From the IMG/VR virus record IMGVR_UViG_2534681702_000004, positions 1-14,509 of that record: a stretch of DNA of 14,509 nucleotides; one strand, given 5' to 3'. A model generated the notes under the pieces. It made no database searches and was not told where the DNA came from. It saw only the letters and a program-made list of their open reading frames with translations. Below are positions 9,741 through 14,509 of the stretch, piece by piece. Made by a program: the position numbers and the translations under genes. The stretch is from a virus (taxonomy: Duplodnaviria; Heunggongvirae; Uroviricota; Caudoviricetes). Numbering within the stretch: position 1 is the stretch's first letter; every line of letters starts with the position of its first letter.

Positions 9741-9782
9741 TGAACCGCCCCGGGTTTCCTGGAGAGTATTTTATCTGTGAAC

Positions 9783-10673
9783 TCAGGCTGCCAGATCATT
9801 ATTTCCGATGGAAGCATAATAAGCTTTTTCTGCTTCTGCCGGAGGAATATGGCCCAGCCTTTCCAGCAATCGTCGATTGTTATACCAGTCCACCCACGTT
9901 AGTGTGGCCAGTTCCACTTCTGTCCGGTTTTTCCAGCTCTTACGGTGTATTACCTCCGCTTTGTAAAGACCATTGATGCTCTCAGCCATCGCGTTGTCAT
10001 ACGAGTCGCCAGTACTCCCTGTTGATGCCAGTAATCCGGCTTCCTTAAGCCGCTGCGTGTAGGCCAGCGATACATACTGAGAACCTTTATCACTGTGATG
10101 GATTGTGCCGGACGGCCGACGGGCCCACAACGCCTGCTCCAGTGCATCCAGCACGAATGTTGTTTCCATGGATGATGAGACCTGCCATCCCACGATGTAT
10201 CCGGCGAACACATCAATGATGAACGCCACATAAACGAAGCCCTGCCATGTGCTTACCCAGGTAAAATCAGCCACCCACAACTGGTCTGGACGTTCTGCCA
10301 CGAACTGACGGTTTACGCGGTCGCATGCGGCAACGGCTTTCCGGCTGACGGTAGTGCGGACCTTTTTCCCCCGGAGAACACCGGCAAGTCCCATAACTGC
10401 CATGAGACGTGCCACAGTGCATCTGGCCACTCTGATACCTTCCCGTAACAACTGACGCCAGACTTTACGCACACCGTATACCTGGTGATTTTCATCGTAT
10501 ACGCGCTGTATCTCTTTCTTCAGCCAGTCATCGTGCTGCGCACGGGCACTGCGTTTATCCGGATGATGTCGCTGTTGCTGACAATGGTAATACGTTGACG
10601 GGGCAATATGCAGTTCGCTACATACCGGTCCGACCCCGTACTGCTCACGCAGCTTATCCAGCAGTGGCATCAT
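9783..10673 (-). CDS. IS629 transposase OrfB (DDE integrase domain)
   Basis: 296 aa ...[50 protein letters not shown]...[10 protein letters not shown]...[15 protein letters not shown]... matches IS629 OrfB from recall. Confidence 0.9.
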   Translation of the reverse strand: MMPLLDKLREQYGVGPVCSELHIAPSTYYHCQQQRHHPDKRSARAQHDDWLKKEIQRVYDENHQVYGVRKVWRQLLREGIRVARCTVARLMAVMGLAGVLRGKKVRTTVSRKAVAACDRVNRQFVAERPDQLWVADFTWVSTWQGFVYVAFIIDVFAGYIVGWQVSSSMETTFVLDALEQALWARRPSGTIHHSDKGSQYVSLAYTQRLKEAGLLASTGSTGDSYDNAMAESINGLYKAEVIHRKSWKNRTEVELATLTWVDWYNNRRLLERLGHIPPAEAEKAYYASIGNNDLAA

Positions 10674-10996
10674 TTTTTCCAGAGGCGGTCGAACTCCGCC
10701 TTCGCAAAATAAGCGGAAGCCTGGCGAAGGATATCGTTACTGCGGCGCAGTTCACGATTTTCACGTTCCAGCTCTTTCAGACGCTGACGTTCAGCGCTGG
10801 TGAGCCCACCATCACCGCCCCCGGTATCCCGCTCATGCTGGCGAACCCAGACACGCAGAGTCTCCGGCGTACAGCCAATCTTTGGGGCAATGGAACAAAT
10901 TGCCGCCCACTGTGAGTCATATTCATCCTGACTTTCCAGAACCATACGAATCGCCCGCTGACGGACTTCGGGGGAAAAACGAGTATTTTTAGTCAT
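10670..10996 (-). CDS. IS629 transposase OrfA (HTH / leucine zipper)
   Basis: 108 aa [61 protein letters not shown]... matches IS629 OrfA from recall. An A6 run sits at the orfA/orfB overlap. Confidence 0.9.
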   Translation of the reverse strand: MTKNTRFSPEVRQRAIRMVLESQDEYDSQWAAICSIAPKIGCTPETLRVWVRQHERDTGGGDGGLTSAERQRLKELERENRELRRSNDILRQASAYFAKAEFDRLWKK

Positions 10997-11050
10997 CCTG
11001 TTTACCTCTTTCTCAGGGAGTTTAGTCTCCAGGATTTCCGGGGCGGTTCA

Positions 11051-11053
11051 ATC
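11051..11053. repeat. Target-site duplication ATC (right copy) of the IS629 insertion
   Basis: See left copy. Confidence 0.75.
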
Positions 11054-11283
11054 TTATCCTGAACAGCAAACGCCTTTTCTGGTCCAAGCGCACCGAGAGA
11101 CATAGTAGTCAGCATGTGTGATAGCTGCTCTGGATTCTGGATACCTGTCTGAATCATCCAGTCAGCATTAGCACCAACGCGATTTAACCTGTCCTTGTTG
11201 TCAGTAATGAATTTACTGTAGGCTTCCGGTCCCTGAGAAAGAGCGACGTTAGCCCTCATGGCTAAATCGCCCATAACCGACAT
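11051..11283 (-). pseudogene. Ejection protein (gp20-like), 5' portion (77 codons), interrupted by IS629
   Basis: ATG at 11283 with an in-frame stop 36 nt upstream and no convincing RBS. The reading frame is continuous with 8912-9737 after IS removal. Confidence 0.55.
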
Positions 11284-11442
11284 CCTGCACAGGTTGAAGC
11301 CGTCAGGATGGCTATAGAGTTACGAAATGAGATGAATAAGGCATTAATGGAGATAGAGAAACCATTCACTGACAAACATTAAGAGTGGAAATAAAGAAAT
11401 CACACAGCCTCACACTCGATGAGGCCTGTACATATCTGATAG

Positions 11443-11467
11443 AGCCGCTATATGGCGGTTTCTTTTT
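11443..11467 (+). terminator. Intrinsic-terminator-like hairpin plus T-tract immediately upstream of the alpA-like RBS
   Basis: AGCCGC-TATATG-GCGGTT followed by TCTTTTT. A second hairpin GCCTCA-CACTCGA-TGAGGC lies at 11407-11425. Confidence 0.5.
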
Positions 11468-11482
11468 GCCTGGAGAATTAAG

Positions 11483-13784
<2,302 letters not shown>

Positions 13785-13789
13785 GTAAC
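13785..13789. repeat. Target-site duplication GTAAC (right copy) of the IS100 insertion
   Basis: See left copy. Confidence 0.8.
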
Positions 13790-14509
13790 AAGCGTTCTTC
13801 TGAAATCATGTGTTCGCCAGTAACCTATATCCATCCCTCCCCTTATTCTATTTACGAATCGGTTGGCTGCAGCGATGCTGATCGGTTTGTTTATGTCTTC
13901 TCCAGGGAAAAGAACATCATTGTACGTTGTCATGGCCTTTTCGAGGAAAGGCTTAATTTGTTCGAAGATTGGACGGCGGATAACATTACCCATCTTGCTA
14001 TGCTCTTTCGGTACGGTCCATACGTTGTCCAGCAGGTCAAACTCTGTCTTTGTTGCCAGCCTAAGCTCTGAGAGCCTCGCCCCCCACAGCATAAGCATCT
14101 GATGAAGTAGCTTATTTGACGTAGACGCACGGCTTCTTTCAATAGCAAGCCAAATCTTAGCCAGTTCGTGATACGACAGTACCCGATCCCCTACCTCAGC
14201 GCGGGAGCCGAAGTCCCTTGGTTGGATGCTCATAATTGCGCAACTATCTATCAACTGACGCCGCATGCACCAACTTATTGCTGATCTTAGTTGACTTAGC
14301 ACCTGCCTTGCTCGGCGTGGATTATCTCTTTCTTCTTCGGTAAGCAGGTCAACCCATTGCTTAACCGTGATAGAAGATGCCGGACGATTAGGAAAGGCGT
14401 CATGCATGCGCTTCATAACCGTTGATCGGTAAAGTGCCTGGGTCTTTTCTCTGAGAGTTGTAGAGACGTAGTTGTCGAACCAGTAGTCGAGACACTGGGC
14501 GACCGTCAT
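13785..14509 (-). pseudogene. P4-type tyrosine integrase, 5' portion (core-binding and part of catalytic domain through HDFRRT), interrupted by IS100; may extend beyond the window
   Basis: ...GYWRTHDFRRTLVT at the junction. The window ends on an ATG (MTVAQ...), but P4-type integrases usually have an extra N-terminal arm-binding domain, so the true start may lie outside. Confidence 0.78.

Larger units (their letters stand above)
9741..11050 (-). mobile_element. IS629/IS3411-type insertion sequence (IS3 family), complete, 1310 bp
   Basis: Terminal inverted repeats TGAACCGCCCCGGGTTTCCTGGAGAG (9741...) and TGAACCGCCCCGGAAATCCTGGAGAC (reverse complement at 11050). OrfA and OrfB match IS629 proteins from recall. 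Length equals the recalled IS629 length. Confidence 0.9.

Noticed and set aside
9101-10495. Short ORFs overlapping the gp20 fragment and IS629 orfB (9101-9299, 9124-9438, 9653-9976, 9950-10231, 10313-10495)
   Set aside because: Alternative-frame or antisense ORFs inside better-supported genes, several spanning the IS/host junction.
10595-10915. 106 aa plus-strand ORF across the IS629 orfA/orfB junction
   Set aside because: Antisense to the IS629 transposase genes; typical spurious ORF in GC-balanced coding DNA.

Overview
This window looks like an IS-scarred remnant of a P22-like (Enterobacteriaceae) prophage, called from recalled protein and operator sequences with no searches run. On the minus strand it carries the distal late region: a gp20-like ejection protein gene split by an IS629/IS3411-type element, a gp16-like ejection protein gene, a two-gene cargo slot where P22 has sieA, an intact immI switch (mnt, divergent Pant/Pmnt with canonical Mnt and Arc operators, arc, a sar-like antisense locus, ant), and a mosaic tailspike. 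The left edge is a partial IS2 (insC/insD), separated from the tailspike by about 790 bp of non-coding DNA. The right side holds an AlpA-family HTH gene converging on a P4-type tyrosine integrase gene that is split by an IS100 (IS21 family) copy whose istA is frameshifted. Both internal IS insertions have clean target-site duplications and the interrupted genes reconstitute in frame. The best candidates for undescribed biology are the lipoprotein plus secreted-protein pair in the sieA slot and the tailspike with a foreign receptor-binding body and a self-cleaving chaperone-like C-terminus. No tRNA or CRISPR array was found.
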